A program made the translations under genes and the position numbers. From Pseudodesulfovibrio mercurii (GTDB taxonomy: Bacteria; Desulfobacterota; Desulfovibrionia; Desulfovibrionales; Desulfovibrionaceae), in NCBI RefSeq assembly GCF_000189295.2, contig NC_016803.1, positions 1,350,001-1,382,000 of the forward strand: a stretch of DNA of 32,000 nucleotides. The letters run 5' to 3'. Position 1 is the stretch's first letter, and each line of letters begins with the position of its first letter. Shown piece after piece: positions 7,319-15,992 of this stretch. The notes below the pieces were generated by a model. It searched no databases. It was not told the origin of the DNA and was given only the letters and a program-made list of their open reading frames with translations.

Positions 7319-8368
7319 CTACTTCAGCGCCTTGGTGAAGAAGGCTTCCAGCTTGTCGAAGGGGATCATGTCCGTGCGGTCGTACAGATCGATGTGCCGC
7401 GCGCCGGGGACGATGACCAGCTCCTTGGGCTCCTTGGCCGCCTTGTAGGCGTCCTCGGTGAAGTACCGGGAGTGCGCCTTCTCGCCCATGATGAACAGAA
7501 TCGGACGGGGCGAGATGGTGTCGATGTAGTTCAGCAGCGGGAAGTTCGCGAAGGCCATGTTGCTGGTCGCGGTGAACGGGCCGTGGGACCGGGGATGATG
7601 GCCGCGCGGCATGGCGTAGTATTCCCAGAACTCGCTGCTGATGGGGTCCAGCCCTTCGGGGATGGAATCGACCGCCACGGTCGGGAAGCCCTCGGGCAGC
7701 AGAGGAGCGCCCGCCTCGAAGTCCTTCCAGCGCTGCTCGCCGAGCTCGGTGAGCATCCTGGTGCGCTCCTCGCCGGTCATGGAGTCCTGCCAGCCGTTGC
7801 GGATCACGCGACTCATGTCGTACATGGACGCGGTGGCCACGGCCTTGATGCGCTGGTCCACCTGCGCGGCCTTGAGGGAGAACCCGCCGCTGCCGCAGAT
7901 GCCGATGGCCCCGATCCGGTTCCGGTCCACGAAGGGCCGGGTGCCCAGGAAGTCCACGCCCGCGCTGAAGTCCTCGGAGAATATCTCCGGGGACGAGATG
8001 TGGCGGGGCTCGCCGCCGCTTTCGCCGTTGAAGGACTCGTCAAAGGCGATGGCCACGAAGCCGCGCTCGGCCATGGTCTGGGCGTAGATGCCCGCGCCCT
8101 GCTCCTTGACGCCGCCGTAGGGGGTGCCCACGACCAGCGCCGGGTATTTCTTGGACTTGTCCATGTCCTTCGGCATGTACATGTCGGCGGACAGCGTGAT
8201 CCCGTACCGGTTGGGGTACGACACCTTTTCGTGAACCACCTTGTCGCTCAACTTGAATGTCTTGTCCCAGGTCATATCGTTTTCCTCCGCATAGGCTGCG
8301 TTGCTTGCCAGGGCCAGCGCCAGGATCGGCAGCATGGCCAGCATGGTTTTGATCACGTTGATCTTCAT
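7319..8368 (-). CDS. Secreted alpha/beta-fold hydrolase
   Basis: 349 aa. Signal peptide MKINVIKTMLAMLPILALALASNAAYA. Hydrolase core: YPALVVGTPYGGVKEQ, GFVAIAFD, nucleophile-elbow-like IGICGSGGF and C-terminal PGARHIDLYD. Begins 28 nt downstream of the ADH gene, so the two are probably co-transcribed. Confidence 0.85.
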   Translation of the reverse strand: MKINVIKTMLAMLPILALALASNAAYAEENDMTWDKTFKLSDKVVHEKVSYPNRYGITLSADMYMPKDMDKSKKYPALVVGTPYGGVKEQGAGIYAQTMAERGFVAIAFDESFNGESGGEPRHISSPEIFSEDFSAGVDFLGTRPFVDRNRIGAIGICGSGGFSLKAAQVDQRIKAVATASMYDMSRVIRNGWQDSMTGEERTRMLTELGEQRWKDFEAGAPLLPEGFPTVAVDSIPEGLDPISSEFWEYYAMPRGHHPRSHGPFTATSNMAFANFPLLNYIDTISPRPILFIMGEKAHSRYFTEDAYKAAKEPKELVIVPGARHIDLYDRTDMIPFDKLEAFFTKALK

Positions 8369-8396
8369 GGCGATCTCCTTGTTGAAATGCTGTTCC

Positions 8397-9587
8397 CTAG
8401 AGGGCCGACCGGAAAATCCCGATCATGTCCTCGACGCTCATGACCGGGCGGCCGGGCAGGTTGCCCTTGCCGTCGCTGACGATCTTGAGGGTGTCCCTGG
8501 CGTAGGTCTCGAAGAGCTCGTCGCCGATGCCCAGCTCGGAGAAGCGGGTCGGGCAGCCGATGCTCTTGAGGAACGCCTCGAACTTGTCGATGCCCTCCAG
8601 GGCGCAGTCCAAATCGTCGGCCCCCTTGGCCTTCAGGCCGAAAACGCGCTCGGCGAACTGGACGTACTTGGCGGTGTTGGACCGGGCCGCGAAGCGCATC
8701 CAGGCCGGGTTGATGATGGCCAGGCCCGCCGCGTGGGTGATGTCGTGGTAGGCGGACACGGTGTGCTCCATCATGTGCACGGGATAGGGCGCGTCGGTGC
8801 CGATCTGGGCCCAGCCGATGAGCGCCACCGAAGCGGCCCACTGGATCTGGGCGCGCGCCTCCACGTCGCCGCCGTCGGCGATGGCCCTCGGGCCCCATTC
8901 CATGGCGGTCTGGATGACGCCTTCGGCCAGCCGGTCCTGGATGGGCGTGTTGTCGATGCCGTTCAGGTAGGACTCGGTCAGGTGGGTGATCAGGTCGCAG
9001 ACGCCGTAGGCGGTCTGGTCCCTGGGCACGCTCACGGTCAGCTCGGGGTCCATGACCGCGACCTTGGGGTAGAGCAGCGGAATCTGGATGAAGGACTTGA
9101 CCTTGGTCTCCTCGTTGGTGATGACCGCCCCGCAGTTGGTCTCGGAGCCCGTGGCCGCGATGGTCGGCACGGTGATGACCGGCAGGGCCTCGGTCGGCAC
9201 GTACACGTTTTCCTGGCCGTGCAGGATCATGTCCCAGGGGTCGCCGTCGTACAGGGCAGCGGCCGAGATGACCTTGGAGGCGTCCATGACGCTGCCGCCG
9301 CCCAGGGCCACGATCACGTCGCACCCTTCGGCGCGGACGGTCTCCGCGCCTCTGGCCACGGAGGTGATGCGCGGGTTGGGCTCCACGCCGGAGCACTCGG
9401 CCACGGCAATGCCGGCCGCCTTCAGGCTCTCGACCGCCCGGTCGAACACGCCGCTACGCTTGACGCTGCCGCCGCCGGTGACGACCAGGGCCTTTTTCCC
9501 GTATTCACCGACGACATCGCCGAGCCGGGCAAGATTGCCGGCGCCAAAGATAATGCGAGTCGGGTTTTGAAATTCAAAATTCATCAT
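8397..9587 (-). CDS. Iron-containing (group III) alcohol dehydrogenase, butanol-DH/YqhD-like
   Basis: Start trimmed to MMNFEFQNPTRIIFGAGN (AGGAG at 9596-9592). Motifs: VVTGGGSVKRSG, GVEPNP, ALGGGSVMDASK and metal-site His residues in HMMEHTVSAYHDITHAAGLA. Confidence 0.92.
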   Translation of the reverse strand: MMNFEFQNPTRIIFGAGNLARLGDVVGEYGKKALVVTGGGSVKRSGVFDRAVESLKAAGIAVAECSGVEPNPRITSVARGAETVRAEGCDVIVALGGGSVMDASKVISAAALYDGDPWDMILHGQENVYVPTEALPVITVPTIAATGSETNCGAVITNEETKVKSFIQIPLLYPKVAVMDPELTVSVPRDQTAYGVCDLITHLTESYLNGIDNTPIQDRLAEGVIQTAMEWGPRAIADGGDVEARAQIQWAASVALIGWAQIGTDAPYPVHMMEHTVSAYHDITHAAGLAIINPAWMRFAARSNTAKYVQFAERVFGLKAKGADDLDCALEGIDKFEAFLKSIGCPTRFSELGIGDELFETYARDTLKIVSDGKGNLPGRPVMSVEDMIGIFRSAL

Positions 9588-9655
9588 GCACTCCTTCTGG
9601 ATCTCATGTGTTGATGACTCTCTATCTAAGATCCTCCCGCTTCGGCGTGAACGCA

Positions 9656-9691
9656 CATTTCTCCAAAAACCTTGCTCATTCCTCCAAACAC
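9656..9691. promoter_or_regulatory. Direct repeat in the ADH/AraC divergent region; candidate AraC-type binding sites
   Basis: CATTTCTCCAAAAAC (9656-) and CATTCCTCCAAACAC (9676-) are spaced about 20 bp, i.e. two helical turns. Confidence 0.3.
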
Positions 9692-9761
9692 ATCCCTTTT
9701 ATGTTGAATATGGCCGACAAATGGTGTTCATAATAGCCACAGCCCACAGGAGGAACAGCCC

Positions 9762-10646
9762 ATGTCCAACATGCTCGAATTACTAAAAGAGTACGACATC
9801 CCCGACGGCGGCGCCCTTGAATCCGCCTACCAGGGCGTCCGTTTTTTCAAAGAGACCCGGCACGTACGGCGCAGGCCGATGTTGTACAATCCTGGATTGT
9901 GCATCGTGGCTTCGGGAGCCAAGATCGGACATCTCGGCGGCCAGTCCTTCCACTACGACGCGGACAACTATCTGGTCGTTTCCGTGACCATGCCCTTTGA
10001 AAGCGAATCCTTCCCCGCCGAGGACGGCCCGCTGCTCGGCGTATATATCGACATCGACATGGGGCAGTTGAACGACCTGATCGTTCAGATGGACCTGCAA
10101 ACCGAATTCCCCGACATGGGAAACCAAGGGTACCCCCTCGGCATCGGCCCGTCCGCCATGGACGAGGACATGAAGGATGCCGTGACCAAGCTGCTCAAGG
10201 CGCTTCGCTCGGAAAGAGAGGCCAGGATTCTGGCCCCGGGACTGGTACGGGAAATCTATTACCGCGCCCTGTGCGGCAGCCAGGCGGAGGTGCTCTACTC
10301 CCTGGCCAGGGGCAGCAACTCGTTCGGCCAGGTGGGCCGCGTCATCAGCCTGATGGAAGCGAGCTACAACGAAAAGCTCGACGTGCGCCAACTGGCCGAA
10401 TCGGCGCACATGAGCGTCTCCGCCTTCCACAAGGCGTTCAAGGAGATCACCGCCGACTCACCGCTGCAATACCTCAAGAAAATTCGCCTTTCCCGGGCCA
10501 GGGACCTCATCGTGCAGGAGAACATGAAGGCCTACCTGGCGGCCGACGCCGTGGGCTACGAAAGCCCGTCCCAGTTCAGCCGGGAGTTCAAGCGCCACTT
10601 CGGCCAAAGCCCGGCGGAGATCATTCGGGGGATGCGTTCGGCCTAG
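9762..10646 (+). CDS. AraC family transcriptional regulator (AraC_N-type sensor domain plus HTH_18)
   Basis: 294 aa, AGGAGG RBS at 9749-9754. C-terminal dual HTH: LAESAHMSVSAFHKAFKEITADSPLQYLKKIRLSRARDL...AVGYESPSQFSREFKRHFGQSP. Confidence 0.9.
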   Translation: MSNMLELLKEYDIPDGGALESAYQGVRFFKETRHVRRRPMLYNPGLCIVASGAKIGHLGGQSFHYDADNYLVVSVTMPFESESFPAEDGPLLGVYIDIDMGQLNDLIVQMDLQTEFPDMGNQGYPLGIGPSAMDEDMKDAVTKLLKALRSEREARILAPGLVREIYYRALCGSQAEVLYSLARGSNSFGQVGRVISLMEASYNEKLDVRQLAESAHMSVSAFHKAFKEITADSPLQYLKKIRLSRARDLIVQENMKAYLAADAVGYESPSQFSREFKRHFGQSPAEIIRGMRSA

Positions 10647-10664
10647 GAGCGGACCGGGGCCGGT

Positions 10665-11558
10665 TCACGCGCCCGCCGCGAAATGGGCCTGAATGTGGTC
10701 CACGAACAGCCTGACCCGCTGGGGCAGCTGGTTCGAGCCCGTCACCAGGTAGACGTCATGCACGAACCCTCCGCTCCAGTCCGGGAGGAGGCGGATCAGC
10801 CGCCCGGCCCGTTCATCCGGCTCGGCCTTCTCCCTGCGGAGCAGCGCCACGCCGTGCCCGGCCAGGGCGAACTCACGACACATCTCCACGGAGCCGAAGC
10901 TGTACTGCGGCTGCACCTCGACGGTCACCTGCCGCGTGCCGTCGTGCATGGGCCATCGGTTGCCGAACCGCTGGAGCACGATGCACGGCAACCGGCGCAG
11001 GTCTCCCGGCTCCAAGGGCATGGAATACCGCTCCAGCAGCGCGGGCGACGCGTACAGGAACGGTTCTATGGTCAGGAGTTTCCGGGCGATCAGCGGCAGG
11101 GCGATGGAGGGACCGATGAGGAAGGCCACGTCGAACGGGTCCGTGCGCATGTCCACCGGATGCTCCACGAAGGTCAGGTCCATCTGAATGTCCGGCCATT
11201 TGACCGCGAAGTCCATGAGGGCGTCCTTGAAGGGCCGGTCGTCGTAGAGGTCCAGGAACATGCAGATGCGGATCAGTCCGGCCGGTTTCTGCATGTTCAG
11301 GACCACCGAGTCGTAGGCGTTCTGCACCTCGTCGAGGATGTACCCGCACCGGTCCAGCAGGTACGCGCCGTTGTCCGTGGGCTCGACGTTCCGGGTGTCC
11401 CGGTAGAAAAGCAGCACCCCCATCCGCTCTTCGAGCAGCTTGATGCGCCGCGACAGGGTCGAGACGCCCATGCCGAGCGTTTCCGCCGCCTTGGTGAAGC
11501 TCTTCCGCCTCGCCACTTCCACCAGCAGTGGGACGTCATTGAAAAATTCCCGACTCAT
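10665..11558 (-). CDS. LysR family transcriptional regulator
   Basis: N-terminal HTH: FNDVPLLVEVARRKSFTKAAETLGMGVSTLSRRIKLLEERMGVLLFYR. Start at MSREF (11558) is preferred over 11597, which has no RBS. Divergent from the DUF169 gene. Confidence 0.88.
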   Translation of the reverse strand: MSREFFNDVPLLVEVARRKSFTKAAETLGMGVSTLSRRIKLLEERMGVLLFYRDTRNVEPTDNGAYLLDRCGYILDEVQNAYDSVVLNMQKPAGLIRICMFLDLYDDRPFKDALMDFAVKWPDIQMDLTFVEHPVDMRTDPFDVAFLIGPSIALPLIARKLLTIEPFLYASPALLERYSMPLEPGDLRRLPCIVLQRFGNRWPMHDGTRQVTVEVQPQYSFGSVEMCREFALAGHGVALLRREKAEPDERAGRLIRLLPDWSGGFVHDVYLVTGSNQLPQRVRLFVDHIQAHFAAGA

Positions 11559-11607
11559 TTTGCCCGTCCATGGAAAAGAGTTTTCCGTATTGCCCATTTA
11601 TTTTAGT

Positions 11608-11624
11608 TTCGAGCATGGTATGAA
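11608..11624. promoter_or_regulatory. LysR-type T-N11-A box candidate
   Basis: TTC-gagcatggtat-GAA lies in the 134-bp LysR/DUF169 divergent region. Confidence 0.3.
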
Positions 11625-11692
11625 AAGGCATGTCGAAAGGCAACAGCCCCGCCCGACCGCGGGGTTCGGACGAACCATCAAAGGAGAACGAC

Positions 11693-12538
11693 ATGACGTT
11701 GCAACCCATACTCGACGGCACCGCCGCCTTCCTGGAACACCTAGGCCTGGGGGAGGAGCCCTTCGGCGTCCACTACGCCGACACCCTGCCGGAGAACGCC
11801 TACGGCCCGAAAACGGGAACGCCCATCTCGCGCGAGCTGGAGGACCGGGGGGAACTGGACATGCAGGAGGTCATGAAGACCTTCTCCTGCGTCATGGGCA
11901 ACGTCTGGCTGGCCAGGAAGAAGAAGGGCGCGGCCTTCATCTCCTCCGAAGAGTACGGCTGCCCCGGCGGCGTGTACTACTGTTCGATGATGAAGCCCCA
12001 CCTCCGGTTCATCGAGCACTACGTGTCCACCGGGTACGAGGGCTCCCCCCTGCACGGCGAGCGCTACATGCCGAATCCCGACGCCATGCGGAAATTCATG
12101 CTCGAGGTGAATCCCCGCGAAGCACCGGGCAAATACTGCATCTTCAAGCCGCTGTCCCATTTCACCGACGACGAGAAGCCGGAGTTCGTCATCTTCTTTG
12201 CCCGGCCCGAGATCCTGAGCGGGCTCTTCACCCACGCCATCTTCACCACCGGCGACATGGAATGCGTGGTCTCCCCCTTCGGTGCGGGCTGCACCAACAT
12301 GATCAGCTGGCCCCTCTACTACCAGGGCAAGGGGCTGGAGAAGGCCGTCATAGGCGGCTTCGACCCCTCGGCCCGGAAGTTCATGAAGACCGACGAGCTG
12401 ACCTTCACGGTCCCGCTGGACCTCTATGAAAAGATGCTGGCCGCCCTGCCCGAGTCCATGTTCACCCACGAAACCGACTGGAAGAACGTGCGCAAGAAGG
12501 TCGAGCGCAGCGCCAAGGCGTGGGGCGAGGACGGCTAG
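11693..12538 (+). CDS. DUF169 (COG2043) family protein
   Basis: Start trimmed to MTLQPILDG (AAGGAG at 11681-11686), giving 281 aa. The pattern resembles DUF169: conserved Cys/Gly blocks (YGCPGG, PFGAGCTNM), PEFVIFFARPEILSGL and GGFDPSARKFMKTDELTFTVP. The family call is from memory, not from a search. Confidence 0.7.
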   Translation: MTLQPILDGTAAFLEHLGLGEEPFGVHYADTLPENAYGPKTGTPISRELEDRGELDMQEVMKTFSCVMGNVWLARKKKGAAFISSEEYGCPGGVYYCSMMKPHLRFIEHYVSTGYEGSPLHGERYMPNPDAMRKFMLEVNPREAPGKYCIFKPLSHFTDDEKPEFVIFFARPEILSGLFTHAIFTTGDMECVVSPFGAGCTNMISWPLYYQGKGLEKAVIGGFDPSARKFMKTDELTFTVPLDLYEKMLAALPESMFTHETDWKNVRKKVERSAKAWGEDG

Positions 12539-12568
12539 GTCCTTCCGGAACCGACCGGGGATCGACAA

Positions 12569-12604
12569 ACGAAGGCCCGGCCGTGTTCACGGCCGGGCCT
12601 TCGT
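12569..12604. terminator. 15-bp perfect hairpin between convergent genes (bidirectional terminator candidate)
   Basis: ACGAAGGCCCGGCCG / tgttca / CGGCCGGGCCTTCGT. U-tracts are poor on both strands. Confidence 0.6.
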
Positions 12605-12640
12605 CGTGCGGGCATCGCGGGGCGGGACGCCCGTGGGGCG

Positions 12641-12958
12641 TCAGTCCTCGGAATCCTCCACGGCACCGCGCAGGGCGGCGCAGAGCTGGGCCGCGCAGGA
12701 GGTGTCCTTGCGGCCGCAGGTGATGCCGCTCAGCTTCTCCAGGATGTCCTCGACGCGCATGCCCGTGACCAGGGTGGACAGGGCCTTGAGGTTGCCGTCG
12801 CACCCACCGGTGAAACGGACGTAGGCCAGGCGGCCGTCGTCAACCGCGAAGCGGATCATCTTGGCGCAGACGTTTTCCGGAATGAAGACCTCCGTGTCGC
12901 CGGGCGCTTCGGCCGGAAACACGGTGCGCGGTTCGGCAGGGAGTTGGAACGATTTCAT
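12641..12958 (-). CDS. TSCPD-domain protein (TIGR03905-like)
   Basis: 105 aa within the long ORF 12641..13663, starting at MKSFQL (12958). Pattern: FTGGCDGNLKALSTLVTGMRVEDILEKLSGITCGRKDTSCAAQLCAAL. Here the motif reads TSCAAQ rather than TSCPDQ. Confidence 0.8.
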   Translation of the reverse strand: MKSFQLPAEPRTVFPAEAPGDTEVFIPENVCAKMIRFAVDDGRLAYVRFTGGCDGNLKALSTLVTGMRVEDILEKLSGITCGRKDTSCAAQLCAALRGAVEDSED

Positions 12959-12984
12959 GCGGCGCTTCCTCGTCGGGTTGAGGG

Positions 12985-13848
12985 TCAATAGTTCTTGCGC
13001 AGCCCCAGGGGGCCTCCGATCACGCTGAAGGTGTTCTCCACGACGATGATCGCCTCGGGGTCGATGGCGAAGACGTCCTGTTCGAGGGAGCGCAGCCGCA
13101 GCCGGTCCGTGACCGAGAGAATCATGTCCACGTCGATGCCGGAATACCCGCCCTTGCCGGGGAAGATCGTGGCGTGCTGCTTGCGCACGCGGGTGAGGTT
13201 TTGGACGACCTCCTCCCCCTTCCTGGTCAGGATGCGGACGGCCTTGCGCTGGTTGAACAGGGAGAGGACGTATTCCGTGACCACGGAGCTGATGAACAGC
13301 ATGACCAGCGAGGCGATGATGATGTCCGGGCTGAACCGATTGAGGGCGGTGAGCATGACCACGGCGTTGACCAGAAAATAGAACACGCCGAAGCGCAGGC
13401 CGTACTTCCGGTTCAGGATGACGGCCAAAACGTCCAGACCGCCCCCGCCGCCGTAGGTCCGCAGGATCAGCCCGGCCCCGGCCCCCATGAAGGCGCCCGC
13501 GGCGATGGCCGAGTAGACGTCCGCCTTGATGCCGAAGTCGCAATGCAGGTAGGCGGTCAGCAGGGCTATGATCACCATGCTGTAGAGATTGAGAAAAAAG
13601 AACCTCCGCCCCACGCCTTTCCAGGCCGCGACAAAGAGCGGCACGTTCAGCAGCACGTACCACCGGGACAGCGACAGGTCCGGCACCATGTTGTTGCCCA
13701 CCACGGCCAGGCCGTACAGGGCCCCGGGGACGAAGTTATGGTGCGCGGCGATGCCGTTGTAGCCGAGGACATAGACCACCGACCCCACGGTCAACAGAAA
13801 GACATTCCAGGCAAGCGAGTCAGTTAGCGACCGCAGCTGCATGTTCAT
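12985..13848 (-). CDS. YitT family membrane protein (with C-terminal DUF2179 domain)
   Basis: Start trimmed to MNMQLRSL (GAGGAG upstream). Several TM spans, GGGGLDVLAVIL, and a C-terminal soluble domain ATIFPGKGGYSGIDVDMILSVTDRLRLRSLEQDVFAIDPEAIIVVENT. Confidence 0.88.
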   Translation of the reverse strand: MNMQLRSLTDSLAWNVFLLTVGSVVYVLGYNGIAAHHNFVPGALYGLAVVGNNMVPDLSLSRWYVLLNVPLFVAAWKGVGRRFFFLNLYSMVIIALLTAYLHCDFGIKADVYSAIAAGAFMGAGAGLILRTYGGGGGLDVLAVILNRKYGLRFGVFYFLVNAVVMLTALNRFSPDIIIASLVMLFISSVVTEYVLSLFNQRKAVRILTRKGEEVVQNLTRVRKQHATIFPGKGGYSGIDVDMILSVTDRLRLRSLEQDVFAIDPEAIIVVENTFSVIGGPLGLRKNY

Positions 13849-14293
13849 GTTCCACTCCTCCCTTACCGGCTGATTTGGGAGCGCCACCATAAAGAGCAAC
13901 GAGTATGCCCGCAAGGATTAATGCTCCGCTCAGGACCTGGGTCCGATTGACGGGTTCGTCGATGACGAACCAGGCGACCGCATCGGCGTCCGGATCGAGC
14001 GCCTTGAGGTCGGTCTTGACCACCGGCATGGGGACGGGCGGCGTCAGTCCGTCCCCGTCGCGGAGGACGAACTTGATCAATCCGCCGAGACCGCTCCCGC
14101 CCTTGACGATCTGCTTGAAGGGGACGCGGTTGTGGAAGATTCCGTCCCGGTAGTTGGGCGACTTCGATATCCTGTCCAGCCGCGCTCCCTGCGGGAGCCT
14201 GCCGAACTTCTCCTGTCCCAGGAACAGGAAACTGGAACCCGCCGACAGCATGGCCAGCATCCCCAACCAGAGTATGATTTTCAGCATGTGCAT
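13820..14293 (-). pseudogene. Chimeric remnant: N-terminus of a membrane-anchored MBL-fold (COG2220-like) hydrolase fused to the last TM helix of an EamA/DMT transporter
   Basis: MHMLKIILWLGMLAML...GRLPQGARLDRISKSPNYRDGIFHNRVPF...PMPVVKTDLKALDPDADAV matches the typical COG2220 leader. The expected W.GHS... metallo-beta-lactamase core is missing. Instead the frame continues FVIDEPVNRTQVLSGALILAGILVALY, like an EamA C-terminus. The 3' end overlaps the yitT-like start by 29 nt. Confidence 0.5.
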
Positions 14294-14378
14294 CCTCGTT
14301 TCTCCAGGCGGTCTTTCGTCACCTCCGCCGGGAACCGCGCCCGGCGGCAATTGTCGACTCGCTCCCGCGCCCGCAGGG

Positions 14379-14597
14379 TCAGAAATGTTCCGCCCGGTTC
14401 CGGTGGGAGGCCCTCCGCTTCAGGTCGAAGGGGGCCACCAGCCAGATGGCGCCGAGCAGCGCCGCGGACAGGACTGCGAGGTTGACGGTCGCGGAACAGA
14501 CCAGTTCGGGGGAAATCCACTCCCACATGGAAGCGACCGCATTCCAGGCGGTACGCGGGGCCTCGAAAAGTATCCGTACTATTTCAAAAAGATTCAT
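14379..14597 (-). CDS. Hypothetical small membrane protein (72 aa)
   Basis: AAGGAG lies 5 nt upstream of the ATG. One clear TM segment (ATVNLAVLSAALLGAIWLVAPF). No family recognised. Confidence 0.4.
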   Translation of the reverse strand: MNLFEIVRILFEAPRTAWNAVASMWEWISPELVCSATVNLAVLSAALLGAIWLVAPFDLKRRASHRNRAEHF

Positions 14598-14831
14598 GAG
14601 TTGCTCCTTGGCGGTTGCCTGCGGGAGGAAAATCCCCCGCGTCGATCACAGGCCTAACATAGGATGATTCGGCTTCGAAAAGTAGACGAATACTGTGCAA
14701 TTATTGTCCGATCCTCCGACATGGAGAAGAAACAGCGATTCATCGACCGTTGTTTATTGCCTGTTCCTCGCCGCAGGAATGCGGATGTTCGATCTGAGGG
14801 CCTAGACCATGCCCAGGCCGCGCAACCAGGC

Positions 14832-15191
14832 CTACACCTCGTCACGGGAGAAGCCGATGTCGTGCGGCGTGTAGTGGTCGAAGATGTCCACGCCGCACTT
14901 CTCCAGCTGTTCGCTGAAGATCTTCTCGTGGTCCTCTTCGGCCTCGGACATGCACGGCGGCAGCTTGGTGGCCAGGAGGAAGGAGTCACGCGGATGGCGT
15001 CCGGCCAGGGCCTTCCGGACGAACGCCTCGCCGTGATACGAGTGGCAGGTCAGGGCCGTGTCGAACTAGGTGACCCCCTTGGCCAGAAAGGTATCCACCA
15101 GGGCATGGAACGTTTCCAGATCCACGGAGGTCTGGTCGCCCTTGTCCAGCAGTGGCAGACGCATGCAGCCGAATCCAAGTTTCTTGAGCAT
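14832..15191 (-). pseudogene. Aldo/keto reductase fragment with an in-frame TAG, truncated after about 119 codons
   Basis: My translation: MLKKLGFGCMRLPLLDKGDQTSVDLETFHALVDTFLAKGVT*FDTALTCHSYHGEAFVRKALAGRHPRDSFLLATKLPPCMSEAEEDHEKIFSEQLEKCGVDIFDHYTPHDIGFSRDEV*. The TAG at 15068-15066 replaces the Tyr of the conserved G-x-x-YFDTA motif. About 200 residues of a normal AKR are absent. Confidence 0.7.
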
Positions 15192-15217
15192 GACAATATC
15201 CTGACGTTGTAACGGAA

Positions 15218-15982
15218 CTATTCCGCGGCCTGTGGCGGCAGCACTTCATTGATGCAGGCCACGGCGTTGAGGGAGCGGGGGTAACCGATGAAAGGGACGA
15301 GTTGGGTGACCGCGCCGATCAGGACGTCACGGCCGTTGCCAACGGCCGCGTTGCCCTGGATGTGCCCCTTGAGCTGCGGCTCGCACCCGCCCAGGGAAAG
15401 GATCATCGAGAAGGTCATCAGTTCGCGCATCCTCATGTCCAGGCCGCCCCGGGTGTAATAGTCCCCGAAGCAGTTGCCGGACAGGAACCGCTGGATGTGC
15501 AGCAGGTCCTTGGGCGAATGCTCGTACATGGCGTCGATGGCCGCGCCGAAGACCGACTTGGACAGGGCCAGCCCCTTGTCGAGGCGCGTCTCGGGCGTGG
15601 TCGTGGACTGCCCTTCCAGGGGCAGCTTCACGCCCCGGCTCTCCAGCACCTCGTTGGTCGCCCGGAGGAAGTCGAAGACCTTGGCCATGCCCGCGTAGGC
15701 CACGGCCTGGTAGACGATCTCCTTGACCTCCACCGGGGTCACGCCAACGTTCAGGGCGCCGCCCAGCATGACCCGGTACTCGTTCACCGACTGCTGGGCG
15801 ATGAGCGAGGCCAGGATGACCATGAGCCGCGTGCGGACGTCGAGGTTCACCTGAGCGGGAACCTCGTCGAAGGCGAAGTTGTCGAAGAGTTCGACGAACT
15901 CCGGGTCCGTCGCCGCGAGCGTGGACCGGTGGTTCGGGAACAAGGCCGCATGATTGTTGCGGGCGGTTTCACTGATTGCCAT
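15218..15982 (-). CDS. Carboxymuconolactone decarboxylase (CMD/AhpD-like) family protein, two-domain form
   Basis: 254 aa with AGGAGG RBS. CMD-like blocks: LDVRTRLMVILASLIAQQS, VGVTPVEVKEIVYQAVAYAGMAKV, then a second repeat RELMTFSMILSLGGCEPQLKGHI...QLVPFIGYPRSLNA. Confidence 0.9.
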   Translation of the reverse strand: MAISETARNNHAALFPNHRSTLAATDPEFVELFDNFAFDEVPAQVNLDVRTRLMVILASLIAQQSVNEYRVMLGGALNVGVTPVEVKEIVYQAVAYAGMAKVFDFLRATNEVLESRGVKLPLEGQSTTTPETRLDKGLALSKSVFGAAIDAMYEHSPKDLLHIQRFLSGNCFGDYYTRGGLDMRMRELMTFSMILSLGGCEPQLKGHIQGNAAVGNGRDVLIGAVTQLVPFIGYPRSLNAVACINEVLPPQAAE

Positions 15983-15992
15983 GACCCGCCTC

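Noticed and set aside
15066-15068. In-frame TAG in the AKR fragment as a possible pyrrolysine or readthrough codon
   Set aside because: The position corresponds to a conserved Tyr (TAY to TAG is one substitution). The gene is also truncated, no pyl genes or methylamine methyltransferase context are present, and AKRs are not known Pyl proteins. A pseudogene is the simpler explanation.
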